Source: Chromatiales bacterium 21-64-14 (lineage in GTDB: Bacteria; Pseudomonadota; Gammaproteobacteria; 21-64-14). Taken from it: 64,000 nt of DNA. Positions 51,297 through 61,625 of this stretch are shown here, in pieces (within the stretch, counting starts at the first letter, position 1; every line of letters begins with the position of its first letter). Below the pieces are notes generated by a model. The model was not told where the DNA came from and did not search any database. It saw only the letters and a list, made by a program, of their open reading frames with translations. A program made the translations under genes and the position numbers. The stretch lies in the NCBI GenBank assembly GCA_002255365.1, contig NCBI01000013.1, positions 955 to 64,954 of the forward strand, written 5' to 3'.

Positions 51297-51874
51297 CTAC
51301 CCTGCGCGGCGGTACGTCCGGGTACCGGTGGCGTGGCCTCGTTGGGGGCATCCGATGAATTCCAGTCGGACAGACCGAACGTCACAAACGATTACGAATT
51401 CTTCTTTAATCGATTAATCCTGTCTTCCCCAGATAGCCGCAGTACCCACCCGTGGGATTCCTACCAGTCCGCGCCCACGATTCATCAGCGTAGCCCCTTG
51501 CCGGCGCGGCCCAACAAGCCGCCATGAACATAGCATCAAAATTGCGCCTGGCTGTCATCCAAAAGTGCGCTTGCAGCGCGCCGATCGGTGACATCCTGTT
51601 GGCAACGCGCTCAAAAAGCTTAGCACCGCACAAAATCTGTATCTGTCACTTATTACACTACACGAGAACGCGCGCGGCATCAGAGCACGGCAAGCGGTGG
51701 GATTACCGCCCACGCCGACCCATCTGGATCCCGCCCGCACGCGATAAGGTGGTCGCTATAAGCAATCACATCCTGCCGAACGATGGGGTTGAACTACTTT
51801 TCCCTGGTTGCCTGCCCATAATTCGGCGATGGCGTACGCACGTCTTCGGTGATTTTGCAGGCCAATATCCGAAA

Positions 51875-52080
51875 TCCACGGCGTACCTCCACGGCGTACC
51901 AGTCGGATACATATAAGTACTGAAGGGCTAAATGGTTACATGCCCTTCAAGGCCTTGTAAACAATTGGCGGAGAGCGTGGTTCTACGTTATTTATATAAT
52001 ACAGCTATAATTCAATATGTTATGTTTAACGGTAACTTCGAAGTTGTACCAGTTATTTGTACCACATTATCAAGCCAAGT
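51875..52080. other. AT-rich (~36% GC) island carrying a perfect 13-bp tandem duplication (TCCACGGCGTACC x2, 51875-51900) and a 7-bp-stem hairpin (51922-51948)
   Basis: Seen directly. The composition contrasts with the ~65% GC flanks. Lies 3' of kdpE. Confidence 0.4.
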
Positions 52081-52130
52081 CTCTCACTTCGCAACGCCCC
52101 ACCATTGCGCACTTATCGAAACCGCTCGGT

Positions 52131-52826
52131 TTAGCTTCCATCGGGTAAAAAACGATAGCCCACACCCGTCTCGGTGAGAAAGAATCGCGGCCGTGTCGGG
52201 TCGTCTTCCAGCTTGTGGCGTAGGTGGCCCATGTAGATGCGCAGGTAATGGCTGTGCTCCACATAGGACGGCCCCCACACATCGTGTAGCAGTTGGCGGT
52301 GGGTCAGCACCCTCCCGGGATGACCGAGCAGTGTGAGCAGCAGGTGGTATTCGCGCTGGGTAAGATGGACTTCTACGTCGCTCTTGAGGATACGGCGGGC
52401 AACCAGATCAACGCTGACATTGCCGAACTCCACCCTTGCCTCCGGTCCGCTCAGTTGCGGCTGGCGGCGCAGGGCGGCGCGCACCCGGGCCAGCAGTTCA
52501 GTGACGCCAAATGGTTTGCCCAGATAGTCGTTGGCCCCGAGATCAAGCGCCTCCACCTTGTCGGTCTCATCCACGCGGGCGGACAGGACGACGATGAACA
52601 GTCCGCTCCAGGCGCGTACACTGCGGATGAGGTCTAAACCGTCACCGTCGGGCAGCCCCAGATCAAGGATGATAAGTTCAGGCTTGTGGGTACTTGCTTC
52701 GATAAGACCGCGTGCCATGGTGTCGGCCTCGAACACGCGATAACCTTCTCCCTCAAGAGCGTGCTTCACGAATCGCCGGATTTCCCATTCGTCTTCTACG
52801 ACCAGGATGCCGGCTTTGTGGTCGAT
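52131..52826 (-). CDS. kdpE: KDP operon response regulator KdpE (OmpR family). Start codon is non-canonical or unresolved.
   Basis: Receiver domain (DLGLPDGDG) plus winged-helix domain. The conserved ILVVEDE N-terminus is encoded in-frame upstream of the first GTG (52769), directly after the kdpD TAG stop. Confidence 0.8.
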   Translation of the reverse strand: MDHKAGILVVEDEWEIRRFVKHALEGEGYRVFEADTMARGLIEASTHKPELIILDLGLPDGDGLDLIRSVRAWSGLFIVVLSARVDETDKVEALDLGANDYLGKPFGVTELLARVRAALRRQPQLSGPEARVEFGNVSVDLVARRILKSDVEVHLTQREYHLLLTLLGHPGRVLTHRQLLHDVWGPSYVEHSHYLRIYMGHLRHKLEDDPTRPRFFLTETGVGYRFLPDGS

Positions 52827-52828
52827 GA

Positions 52829-55507
52829 CTACTCTCCTTCCTCAACCGCAGCGGGCAGCGGCTCCAGGGGCAGAGTGAAGCGGAAACGGGCGCCACCCTC
52901 TGGGCGGTTGTCGGCGCGAATCCGCCCACCATGGGCTTCCACGATGGCCCGGCTGATGGCGAGCCCCAGCCCCACACCAGGTATAGCCGTTTCCCGGTCG
53001 CCACGGGCAAAGCGCTCGAAGATGGCCTCTTCGTGGCCCGGCGAAATTCCAGGACCCACATCCCAAACCTCCACCTCCAACATTTTGTCATTGATGCGCG
53101 CCGTGATTCCCACATGCGTGCCGTCCGGAGTGTACTTGGTGGCATTTTCCAACAGATTGACCAACACCCGTTCTATGGGCAGCGCGTCGCAGCGCACCAG
53201 GGGTAGGTCGGCCGGCAGGTGCACCGTGACTGGATGGTTGCAGAGTATGCTGTCCACCTCACGCAGCGCAGAACTGACGATTTCCTCAATGGACTGCCAG
53301 TCGCGCCGCAGCTTGACCTCACCAGATTCCAGGCTGGCCATTTGCAGCAGATTATCAACGATACGGAATGTGGAACGGGCCTGGCGGCCGATGGCTTCGA
53401 CCTGGGCGCGTTGCCCGGTGGTGCCATTGGCTATGCTGAACGACAGCGTTTCGGCGAGGCCCATCAGAGCGGTAAGCGGCGTGCGCAGATCGTGCGAGAG
53501 GGCAGCCAGCAGGGAATTGCGTAGACGGTCCGATTCCATCTTAATGAGAGTGTCCCGTGCCACAGTGACGAAATGAATGCGTTCGAGCGCGATACCGATG
53601 AGCGCGGCGAAGGCTTCCAGCCGGCGCTGCTGTTCCGGCAGAAACCCCCTCGAGGGCGCGTTTTGATTCACCACCAACACGCCGCGCACACGCATGGGCG
53701 CTACGAGGGGAAGGTACTGGTGCGGGTGGCCCGGTAGGCTGCTGGTGCCCGCGCCGGCCGGCTCGCCGTGATCGAAACACCATTGCGCTACGCCCCGATC
53801 GAGGTCGTCGGAACTTTCGGTGCCTGCGTGCAATTTTCCATCATCGTCAGGCAAAATGATGTGCGTACTGGCCTGGGAGCTGGATTGTAAACTGCGACGG
53901 CTGATGTCCATCACCTGCTCTACCGTCAGGGCGGAGGACAGCGCTCGCGCGAACTCGTAGAGGTTGCGCGCCCGGCTTTCGCGGTAACGGGCCATGCGGG
54001 CCTCATAGCGCAGACCGGCCGTGAGATGGCCGATGACGAGGCCAACAATGAGCATGACGGCGAAAGTAAGCAAATATTGTACGTCGCTGACGGAAAAGTT
54101 GAAACGGGGTGGAACGAAAAAGAAATCGAAAGACAGCACACTCAGCATCGCCGCCAGCACCGAGGGGCCGCGACCGAAGCGGTATGCGATGACCACCACG
54201 CCAAGCAGGAACAGCATTACGATGTTGGCGCGGTCGAAAAATAGCAGGAGCGGCGTGGCCAGCAAGGTCACTGCCGCGCACATTACCACGGCGTAGGCGT
54301 AGTGAAGCAGCGGGCTGTGGGTTGCGTGCCCTGGGGCAACATCCTGCCGTTGGGGTGGATTGAAAGCAGGCTTCCGGGCCACGGTTAGAATATCAATGTC
54401 ACTCGCGAGCTGCTCAAGCCGGCGCATGAACGATTGCCAGCTCCAGCGGCCGCTGTTAGGCCCACGTCCCAGCACGATGCGGCCCAAATTATGCTGTCGT
54501 GCATAATCTATGACCGTGGCCGGAGCATCCTGGGCCGCCAACACAGTTGTTTCCGCTCCCAATTGCTCGGCCAGCTTCAGGGTGGCCAGCACCGCCTCAC
54601 GACGGGCAGCCGGCAGACGTTCCAGGCGCGCTGTCTCGACATAGACGCAATGCCATTCAGCCTGGCGGCGGGCCGCCAAGCGCGCTGCCACTCGCACCAC
54701 GCGCCCATCCAGGTCCTCCGGGCCGATGCAGGCCAAGACACTGTCGCCCGTCTGCCAGACCGGGCTTTGGAGGACCGTACGGCGCACGCCCTGCATCTGC
54801 TCGTCTACGCGCTCGGCAGTACGCCTCAGTGCCAGTTCTCGCAGGGCTATCAGATTGCCCTTTCGGAAGAAATTCTCGATGGCGTAGGAGGCTTGCGCGG
54901 CTAGGTAAACCTGCCCACGCTTGAGCCGGGCGATCAGATCGTCCGGGGGCAGGTCCACCAACAGAATTTCTTCAGCATGATCAAAAACACGGTCCGGTAC
55001 CGTTTCCCGCACGCGTATGCCGGTAACGCTGCCGACCACGTCGTTGAGACTTTCCAGGTGCTGGACATTGAGCGTGGAGTAGACGTCAATCCCGGCGTCG
55101 AGCAGCTCCGCGACGTCCTGCCAACGCTTTAAACGACGCGAGCCTGGCGCGTTACTGTGAGCCAACTCGTCCACGAGGAGTACTTCTGGATGGCGCTGCA
55201 ACGCGGCATCCAGGTCGAAGTCCAGCAACGTGTTGCCCCGATAGGCCACCTCCCGCAAGCGCAGCACCTCCAACCCTTCGAGCAAGGCCGCGGTTTCGCT
55301 ACGGCTGTGGGTTTCGACCACACCGACTACCACGTCGTGCCCCTGCGCGAGCAGTTGGCGGGCGGCCGACAGCATGCTGTAGGTCTTACCAACGCCGGCG
55401 CAGGCGCCAAAGAAAATCTTCAATTTTCCGCGCCTGACCTTGGCATCTTCCCGCTGAACCTGGGCCAGCAGGGCGTCCGGCGAAGGGCGTTGGTCGGTGT
55501 CAGTCAA
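52829..55507 (-). CDS. kdpD: Sensor histidine kinase KdpD
   Basis: 892 aa. N-terminal KdpD/Usp domain, four TM helices, HisKA (SHDLRTPL) and HATPase_c domains. Confidence 0.9.
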   Translation of the reverse strand: MTDTDQRPSPDALLAQVQREDAKVRRGKLKIFFGACAGVGKTYSMLSAARQLLAQGHDVVVGVVETHSRSETAALLEGLEVLRLREVAYRGNTLLDFDLDAALQRHPEVLLVDELAHSNAPGSRRLKRWQDVAELLDAGIDVYSTLNVQHLESLNDVVGSVTGIRVRETVPDRVFDHAEEILLVDLPPDDLIARLKRGQVYLAAQASYAIENFFRKGNLIALRELALRRTAERVDEQMQGVRRTVLQSPVWQTGDSVLACIGPEDLDGRVVRVAARLAARRQAEWHCVYVETARLERLPAARREAVLATLKLAEQLGAETTVLAAQDAPATVIDYARQHNLGRIVLGRGPNSGRWSWQSFMRRLEQLASDIDILTVARKPAFNPPQRQDVAPGHATHSPLLHYAYAVVMCAAVTLLATPLLLFFDRANIVMLFLLGVVVIAYRFGRGPSVLAAMLSVLSFDFFFVPPRFNFSVSDVQYLLTFAVMLIVGLVIGHLTAGLRYEARMARYRESRARNLYEFARALSSALTVEQVMDISRRSLQSSSQASTHIILPDDDGKLHAGTESSDDLDRGVAQWCFDHGEPAGAGTSSLPGHPHQYLPLVAPMRVRGVLVVNQNAPSRGFLPEQQRRLEAFAALIGIALERIHFVTVARDTLIKMESDRLRNSLLAALSHDLRTPLTALMGLAETLSFSIANGTTGQRAQVEAIGRQARSTFRIVDNLLQMASLESGEVKLRRDWQSIEEIVSSALREVDSILCNHPVTVHLPADLPLVRCDALPIERVLVNLLENATKYTPDGTHVGITARINDKMLEVEVWDVGPGISPGHEEAIFERFARGDRETAIPGVGLGLAISRAIVEAHGGRIRADNRPEGGARFRFTLPLEPLPAAVEEGE

Positions 55508-56087
55508 CGCGGCTTACCTTTAATCTATCCAAAGCGAGATTGAGCTTCAGCACATTGACCCGGGGCGTGCCGAACAGCTGCAGCCAGGGATGCCGCGCCT
55601 CCCGGGCGATCAAGGTGTGCACCTGCGCGAGGGTAAGATGGCGCGCGCGTGCTATCCGCGGCGCCTGATATTCTGCTGCCGCGAGCGAAATGTCCGGGTC
55701 CAGACCGCTGGCTGAATCAGTGACCAGATCAACCGGAATGGGCATCGGGTTGTTCGGGTCGGCCGCATTCAATGCCGCAATGCGACTCTTCACGGCATCA
55801 ATTAGCGCTGGGTTCGTGGGGCCGAGATTGGAACTGCCGGAAGCAAGTGCGTTGTCAGGGTAAGGTGAGGTGGCAGACGGCCGGGCCCAGAAATAGCCGG
55901 GCGACGTAAAGTTCTGACCGATCAACGCGGACCCTACGAGACGGCCGTCCACCGCCAGCATCGAGCCATCGGCACGCCATGGGAACAGCGCCTGGGCCAA
56001 GCCGGTGACGGCGAGTGGATAGATCACTCCGGTGAGCATGGTCAGTAGCAGAAACAGGCTGAGCGCCGGGCGAAGGAGCGCTTTCAT
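55500..56087 (-). CDS. kdpC: K+-transporting ATPase subunit C
   Basis: 195 aa KdpC-like. 8-nt overlap with kdpD. Confidence 0.85.
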   Translation of the reverse strand: MKALLRPALSLFLLLTMLTGVIYPLAVTGLAQALFPWRADGSMLAVDGRLVGSALIGQNFTSPGYFWARPSATSPYPDNALASGSSNLGPTNPALIDAVKSRIAALNAADPNNPMPIPVDLVTDSASGLDPDISLAAAEYQAPRIARARHLTLAQVHTLIAREARHPWLQLFGTPRVNVLKLNLALDRLKVSRVD

Positions 56088-56104
56088 GGCGGTTCCCCTT
56101 AAGT

Positions 56105-58180
56105 TTAGTGCAGGCCCATAGTGGTCAGCAGCAAGTCGATAAGCTTGATACCGATGAACGGTGCGATCAGGCCGCCAAGACCGTAAATCAACAGATTGCG
56201 CTTCAACAGCACGTCCCCACCCAGCGGTAGATAGCGTACGCCCCGCAGCGCCAGCGGAATGAGCGCGACGATGATCAGGGCATTGAAGATTACCGCCGAG
56301 AGTATCGCGGAGTCGGGTGAGGTCAGGTGCATGATGTTCAGCGCGCCGAGCTGCGGATAAGTCGCGACGAAGGCGGCGGGAATGATGGCAAAGTACTTGG
56401 CGACGTCATTAGCAATGCTGAAGGTCGTCAGTGCGCCGCGCGTCATCAGCATTTGTTTTCCGATTTCCACCACCTCGATGAGCTTAGTGGGGTTGGAATC
56501 CAGATCTACCATATTGCCCGCTTCCTTAGCCGCTTGGGTGCCGCTGTGCATGGCCACGGCAACATCGGCCTGCGCCAAGGCAGGCGCATCGTTGGTCCCA
56601 TCACCGGTCATCGCCACGAGCCGACCTTCACCCTGGAACTTGCGGATCAACGCAAGTTTGTCCTCCGGCGTAGCCTCGGCGAGAAAGTCGTCCACGCCCG
56701 CTTCAGCGGCGATGGCAGCAGCAGTCAGCCGGTTGTCGCCGGTGATCATCACGGTGCGGATACCCATGCGGCGCAGCTGGGAAAAGCGCCCCTTGAGGCC
56801 ACCTTTGACTACGTCCTTGAGTTCGATCACACCCAGCACTCTCGCGCGCTCGCCGGCGATCTCGGCCACCACGAGAGGAGTGCTGCCGCGGCGCGCGACG
56901 GCCTTCACTGACTGAGCCACGGCTTCCGGATAGCTGCCACCCTGGGCCTCTATCCAGGAGCGCACGGCATCGGCCGCGCCCTTGCGGACTTGGCGCTTAG
57001 GCAGGTCCACGCCACTCATGCGGGTATGTGCGGAGAAAGGCACGAAGCTGGCCTTTAGATCGTGTACGTGGCGCTCGCGCAGCGCAAATTTCTTGGCCAG
57101 CACCACGATGCTACGGCCCTCGGGAGTTTCGTCCGCCAGGGAGGCCAGCTGACCGGCGTCAGCCAATTCCCGCTCGCCCACACCCAGTGCGGGCAGAAAT
57201 GTGCTCGCCTGACGGTTACCGAGCGTGATCGTTCCGGTCTTGTCCAGTAGCAGCACGTCCACGTCCCCGGCAGCCTCAATGGCCCGACCTGAAGTGGCAA
57301 CCACGTTGGCAAGAAGCATCCGACCCATGCCCGCAACACCAATCGCCGACAGGAGCCCTCCGATCGTCGTAGGGATCAGACATACGAGCAGTGCGACCAG
57401 CACAGTAAGCGTGACGGGGAGTCCGCCGTGGCTGGACCGCACCGCATAGATGGAAAACGGCAACAGGGTCACCGTCACCAGCAGAAACACCAGTGTTAGG
57501 GCCACCAGAAGGATGGTCAGCGCAATTTCATTGGGAGTCTTGCGCCGCTTCGCGCCCTCCACGAGGCTGATCATGCGGTCGAGGAATGACTCGCCGGGGT
57601 TGGACGAGCAGCGTACCACGACCCAGTCGGAGAGTACGCGGGTGCCGCCCGTAACGGAGGAAAAATCACCGCCGGATTCGCGAATAACCGGAGCAGATTC
57701 GCCGGTGATGGCGCTCTCGTCCACCGAGGCTACACCCTCGATTACCTGCCCATCGCAGGGCACGAAGTCGCCTGCTTCCACCAGCACGACGTCATCGCGG
57801 TGCAGATCGTCACCAGACACCGCGGTCCACGCGGCGCCATGGCGCGCCTCTTGGAGCTTCTTTGCCGAGACGGTCTTTTTCATACTACGCAGCGAAACGG
57901 CCTGGGCGCGTGCGCGGCTCTCGGCCAGCGCTTCGGCGAAGTTGGCGAACAGTACAGTGAACCACAGCCACAGCGTAACCGCACCGCCGAACCACGCGGG
58001 CGCGTCGCCCCGGCTTACTAGCGCGTGGACCCAAAGCGCGCTGGTAAACAGGCTGCCCACATAAACAACGAACATCACCGGGTTGCGCCACTGCACCCGC
58101 GGATCGAGTTTGCGCAGCGATTCCAGCAGCGCGTGCCTAACCAAGCTGTGGTCAAACAGTGTGAGCGTCTTGCGAGTCAT
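56105..58180 (-). CDS. kdpB: K+-transporting P-type ATPase subunit B
   Basis: DKTGTIT phosphorylation motif. [14 protein letters not shown]. Confidence 0.95.
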   Translation of the reverse strand: MTRKTLTLFDHSLVRHALLESLRKLDPRVQWRNPVMFVVYVGSLFTSALWVHALVSRGDAPAWFGGAVTLWLWFTVLFANFAEALAESRARAQAVSLRSMKKTVSAKKLQEARHGAAWTAVSGDDLHRDDVVLVEAGDFVPCDGQVIEGVASVDESAITGESAPVIRESGGDFSSVTGGTRVLSDWVVVRCSSNPGESFLDRMISLVEGAKRRKTPNEIALTILLVALTLVFLLVTVTLLPFSIYAVRSSHGGLPVTLTVLVALLVCLIPTTIGGLLSAIGVAGMGRMLLANVVATSGRAIEAAGDVDVLLLDKTGTITLGNRQASTFLPALGVGERELADAGQLASLADETPEGRSIVVLAKKFALRERHVHDLKASFVPFSAHTRMSGVDLPKRQVRKGAADAVRSWIEAQGGSYPEAVAQSVKAVARRGSTPLVVAEIAGERARVLGVIELKDVVKGGLKGRFSQLRRMGIRTVMITGDNRLTAAAIAAEAGVDDFLAEATPEDKLALIRKFQGEGRLVAMTGDGTNDAPALAQADVAVAMHSGTQAAKEAGNMVDLDSNPTKLIEVVEIGKQMLMTRGALTTFSIANDVAKYFAIIPAAFVATYPQLGALNIMHLTSPDSAILSAVIFNALIIVALIPLALRGVRYLPLGGDVLLKRNLLIYGLGGLIAPFIGIKLIDLLLTTMGLH

Positions 58181-58193
58181 CGCATCGGGTCCT

Positions 58194-59945
58194 TCAATGG
58201 CCAGCCCACAGGCGCAGATGTTCGACGACGGGGCCCAGGGCCCAGGCTGGGAAAAAATTCAGTGCGCCCACTAGCAGCAGCACACCTATCAGCAGGCTGA
58301 TGAACAAGGCCCCATGGGTAGGCAGCGTGCCGCTGCCGGCTGGGACGTGTTTCTTTCCGGCGAGCGAACCGGCCAGGGCCAGTAGCGCCACCATCACCAC
58401 GAAGCGGCCGAACAGCATGGTCACGCCTAGCCAGTTGTTGTAGAAAGTGGTGTTGGCCGAGAGGCCTGCGAAAGAGCTGCCGTTGTTATTTGCCGCCGAA
58501 GTGAAGGCGTATAGCATTTCGGAGAACCCATGCGCGCCAGGGTTGGCGAGTCCCGCCGACCCTGCCGGTAACATTGCTGCCAGTGCCGTTCCCAACAGCA
58601 CCAGCGCTGGCATTAGTAGTACAGCGATTGAGACCATCTTCATGTCGAAGGCGTCTATTTTCTTGCCCACATATTCCGGAGTACGGCCAATCATTAAACC
58701 ACCAGCGAACACCGCAACCAGAACAAACACCAACATGCCCGCGAGGCCCAAGCCCACTCCGCCGAAAATGGTCTCACCTAGTTGCATCAATATCATTGGT
58801 ACGAGCCCACCCAGCGGCGTATAGGAATCAATCATCGAGTTCACGGCACCGCAGGAGGTGGTAGTGGTCACGGCGTTGAACAACACCGACGCGGCGATGC
58901 CAAAGCGGGTTTCCTTGCCCTCCATATTGCCGCCGGACTGTAGTGCGCTATGGATCTGGTCCACCCCCAGCGCGCCGATCGCAGGATTGCCTTGGTATTC
59001 GGCCAAGGCAAGGGCGGTTACGGCGACGACGAAAATTAGCACCATAGCGCCCAGCAGCGCCCAGCCCTGGCGGGTGTCGCCCACCGCAACGCCGAAAGTG
59101 TAAACCAGTGCCGCCGGGATCAGCAGTACTGCGAGCATTTCCAGGAAGTTGGTGAGTGCGTTGGGGTTCTCGTACGGGTGTGCCGAGTTCGCGTTGAAAA
59201 AGCCACCACCGTTGGTACCCAATTCCTTGATGGCCTCCTGAGAAGCCACCGGGCCCATGGGAAGGGTCTGTTGCGCCACGACGACGATTTCATTGGTGCC
59301 CCGCCGGTCGGGCCGGGCCGCGGCATCGAGTTTGCGCGGAACGTAGCTTGTCGGCTCGAGTGTGTTGACGTTCTGGTACGCCGCAAAGTTCTGGATAACG
59401 CCCTGGCTGGTCAATGCCAGTGCCAACATCATCGACAAAGGCAGCAGCGCGTACATAGTTATGCGGTAGAGGTCAATCCAGAAGTTCCCGATATCCCCCG
59501 TGCTGTGGCGCGCGAAACCGCGGATTAGCGCAAACGCCACGGCAATACCTGACGCGGCGGAAAGAAAATTCTGCACTGCCAGGCCCACCATCTGCGTCAG
59601 GTAGCTCATGGTGGACTCACCGGCATAACCCTGCCAATCGGTATTGGTTACGAAACTGATCGCGGTATTGAAACTGGAGTCCGGGCTGACGGCCTCGAGG
59701 TGCTCGGGGTTGAGCGGCAGCGAGATCTGCAGACGCTGTAGCGCATACAGCGCCAGGGTGCCGATCAGACTGAAGACGAGCAGAGTCAGCGCATACTCGC
59801 GCCAGTCCATGTCGCGCTTCGTGATCCCGCACAGGCGAAACACCCGCGCCTCGATGCGGGCGAATGGCGTCCACGCTGGGCGATCATCCATGATCCAGGC
59901 GAAGTAGCGGCCCAATGGCCGCACTGTGGCTAGTAGGACTAGCAA
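58194..59945 (-). CDS. kdpA: K+-transporting ATPase subunit A. The N-terminus probably extends to ~59981 (see findings).
   Basis: 583-aa KdpA-like sequence with four selectivity-filter-like repeats. Confidence 0.9.
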   Translation of the reverse strand: MLVLLATVRPLGRYFAWIMDDRPAWTPFARIEARVFRLCGITKRDMDWREYALTLLVFSLIGTLALYALQRLQISLPLNPEHLEAVSPDSSFNTAISFVTNTDWQGYAGESTMSYLTQMVGLAVQNFLSAASGIAVAFALIRGFARHSTGDIGNFWIDLYRITMYALLPLSMMLALALTSQGVIQNFAAYQNVNTLEPTSYVPRKLDAAARPDRRGTNEIVVVAQQTLPMGPVASQEAIKELGTNGGGFFNANSAHPYENPNALTNFLEMLAVLLIPAALVYTFGVAVGDTRQGWALLGAMVLIFVVAVTALALAEYQGNPAIGALGVDQIHSALQSGGNMEGKETRFGIAASVLFNAVTTTTSCGAVNSMIDSYTPLGGLVPMILMQLGETIFGGVGLGLAGMLVFVLVAVFAGGLMIGRTPEYVGKKIDAFDMKMVSIAVLLMPALVLLGTALAAMLPAGSAGLANPGAHGFSEMLYAFTSAANNNGSSFAGLSANTTFYNNWLGVTMLFGRFVVMVALLALAGSLAGKKHVPAGSGTLPTHGALFISLLIGVLLLVGALNFFPAWALGPVVEHLRLWAGH

Positions 59946-59980
59946 CAGGGCTGCCAGTAATACGAAGAATCCGGTGATAA

Positions 59981-60070
59981 TTAGAAATCCTCCGCACGAA
60001 ACAGGGCATACAGGAGATAGGCCAACAGGCCGAGCGCCGCCAATCCACCGCCAAGGTAGAAAGCGTCCAT
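59981..60070 (-). CDS. kdpF: KdpF (29 aa)
   Basis: MDAFYLGGGLAALGLLAYLLYALFRAEDF matches the KdpF pattern (YL.YAL..AE.F). ATG at 60070, TAA at 59983..59981. Confidence 0.7.
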   Translation of the reverse strand: MDAFYLGGGLAALGLLAYLLYALFRAEDF

Positions 60071-60071
60071 G

Positions 60072-60200
60072 TCATTTCCTTCCCATCAATCCCGCGAAAA
60101 TTGGGATAAGAGACCCTGTTAGCGCAAACAGGAGGATAATCAGCAGCAGGTAGAAGGCGTCCAATGCAGTAGCCCAGAAAAATGAAACGCAGTGCCGCAT
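60072..60200 (-). CDS. Second KdpF-like hydrophobic micro-ORF (up to 42 aa), speculative
   Basis: ...LDAFYLLLIILLFALTGSLIPIFAGLMGRK ends 1 nt before the kdpF ATG. Shares the DAFYL start with KdpF. Confidence 0.2.
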   Translation of the reverse strand: MRHCVSFFWATALDAFYLLLIILLFALTGSLIPIFAGLMGRK

Positions 60201-60559
60201 GACCGGCCTGGCGAATATTCCCGGTAAAGATTAGACACGTCGCTGTAAAAAAGGTGTAAATATTCCACCGCGGGAAAGGCGTTACCAAAGATTCCGGGCC
60301 GCAGCGGCATGCGGCCGGTCATTTACCCGATTGCGGGCCGCTATGACCCATCAGGCGCTGCGACTCATGGACCGGCAGACCACTTTCCAGTTGATGGGTG
60401 GCAGGTGTGCCGCAAGCCGTGGATGCCGCCTATCTTCCCCACCCTGCCGCGCACCTTGGCGCGGCGAAAGACCCTCTGGGCCGTGGTAATGCTGAGAGGC
60501 CGGGTTTCCTATTTGCCACAATTTTTTTGTATTATTTCGACGGGATATAACTGTTGAAA

Positions 60560-60960
60560 TTGCGACCGGTGTACCACGCAAGCTTGCTCGCGAGGTAGAA
60601 ATCGCATCGAATGATCGATGCGCACCAGCCCCGCGACCACCAGCACGCCCTTGGGCGAGAGCGCCTTGGCCACCGCGCCCTCCGGGTAGCCGAGCACGCG
60701 GGCGAGCAGCGCGATGACCCCGCGGCTCGAAAGCTCGCCGATCCGGGTGCAGCGCGACCGCGAAGAGGACCCGCTCCCGCCCGACCTCCTCGAGCCCGAG
60801 CCATTCCCCGAGGCGGCACACGTTCTCGAAGAGCAGCCCTTTGCGCCGCACCGGCGCCCCGCTTCAAGCGCCGCCGGGCGCCGGTGCGGCGCAACCGCTT
60901 CGACACAGGCAGCACTCCGCCCGAACAGCTCGGCCATGCACTTCGAATCGACGAGATGGG
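60560..60960 (-). pseudogene. Possible degraded gene remnant (coding-like, GC3-rich sequence split across two frames)
   Basis: Conserved-looking segments (LLFENVCRLGEWLGLEEVGRERVLFAVALHPD and GVIALLARVLGYPEGAVAKALSPKGVLVVAGLVRID) sit in different minus-strand frames with no single intact ORF. Confidence 0.25.
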
Positions 60961-61071
60961 CGAGCGCACAGCCAAAGAGGGGGCAGTCGGGTCAGCCCGG
61001 GACGCTCACGCGGTGTCTACGATTCGTTGTCGAGCTCATGAGTCGTGGGTTGCTCGAGTAGTGGTGAGCGG

Positions 61072-61524
61072 TCAGGTGTCCGGCGAAGGTCGTGACCCTG
61101 GGAAACCGTGTGCGGGTTGGACCGACACCAATCCATCCCAGAGGGTGGACATCTGACGGGTGAGCCGCTTGAGCTCCTCGACGTGGACAGCTGCGAGGGC
61201 TTCGAGGCGTGCTGCGCCAGGGTTGGTGAGGCGCACGCGTACGACACGGTGATCGTCAGGATCCCGTTCTCGGAGGACTAGGCCTGCGCCCTCAGCGCGG
61301 TCGACCAGTCCGACGACGCTGTGATGACGTAGCAGGAGGTAGTCGGCGACTTCGCCGATCGTCGGGCCCCGTTGGTCGCTGTGGCCTCGGACGGCAAGGA
61401 GGAGCTGGTGCTGTGTCGGGGTGAGGCCGGCAGCTCGCGCTTGCTGCTCGCTCCAGCGTTGGAATCGTCGTAAGCCGGTCCGCATTACCAGAAGCCGGGT
61501 GTAGAGGTTATTTGACACCATCAC
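61072..61524 (-). CDS. MarR-family transcriptional regulator. Start is GTG 61524 or ATG 61485.
   Basis: Winged-HTH MarR-like region (LTPTQHQLLLAV...VVRVRLT). Confidence 0.8.
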   Translation of the reverse strand: MMVSNNLYTRLLVMRTGLRRFQRWSEQQARAAGLTPTQHQLLLAVRGHSDQRGPTIGEVADYLLLRHHSVVGLVDRAEGAGLVLRERDPDDHRVVRVRLTNPGAARLEALAAVHVEELKRLTRQMSTLWDGLVSVQPAHGFPGSRPSPDT

Positions 61525-61625
61525 CCGAGCTATTATATCGTGTAACGATTAATTTTTCCAACTCTGACTTTCTCGTGTCGGCGGCCGGTACTGTGCTCGG
61601 CGCCGGGGCGCCGGAGTGGCCTGAC
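61525..61625. promoter_or_regulatory. Divergent marR/ClC promoter region
   Basis: TTGACA-like -35 (tatttgacacca) and TATTATAT -10-like elements in a 100-bp divergent intergenic region. Confidence 0.35.

Noticed and set aside
51524-51916. 130-aa plus-strand ORF in the GT/kdp spacer
   Set aside because: No RBS, Cys/His/Arg-rich junk composition. It spans a region better explained as promoter/AT-rich spacer.
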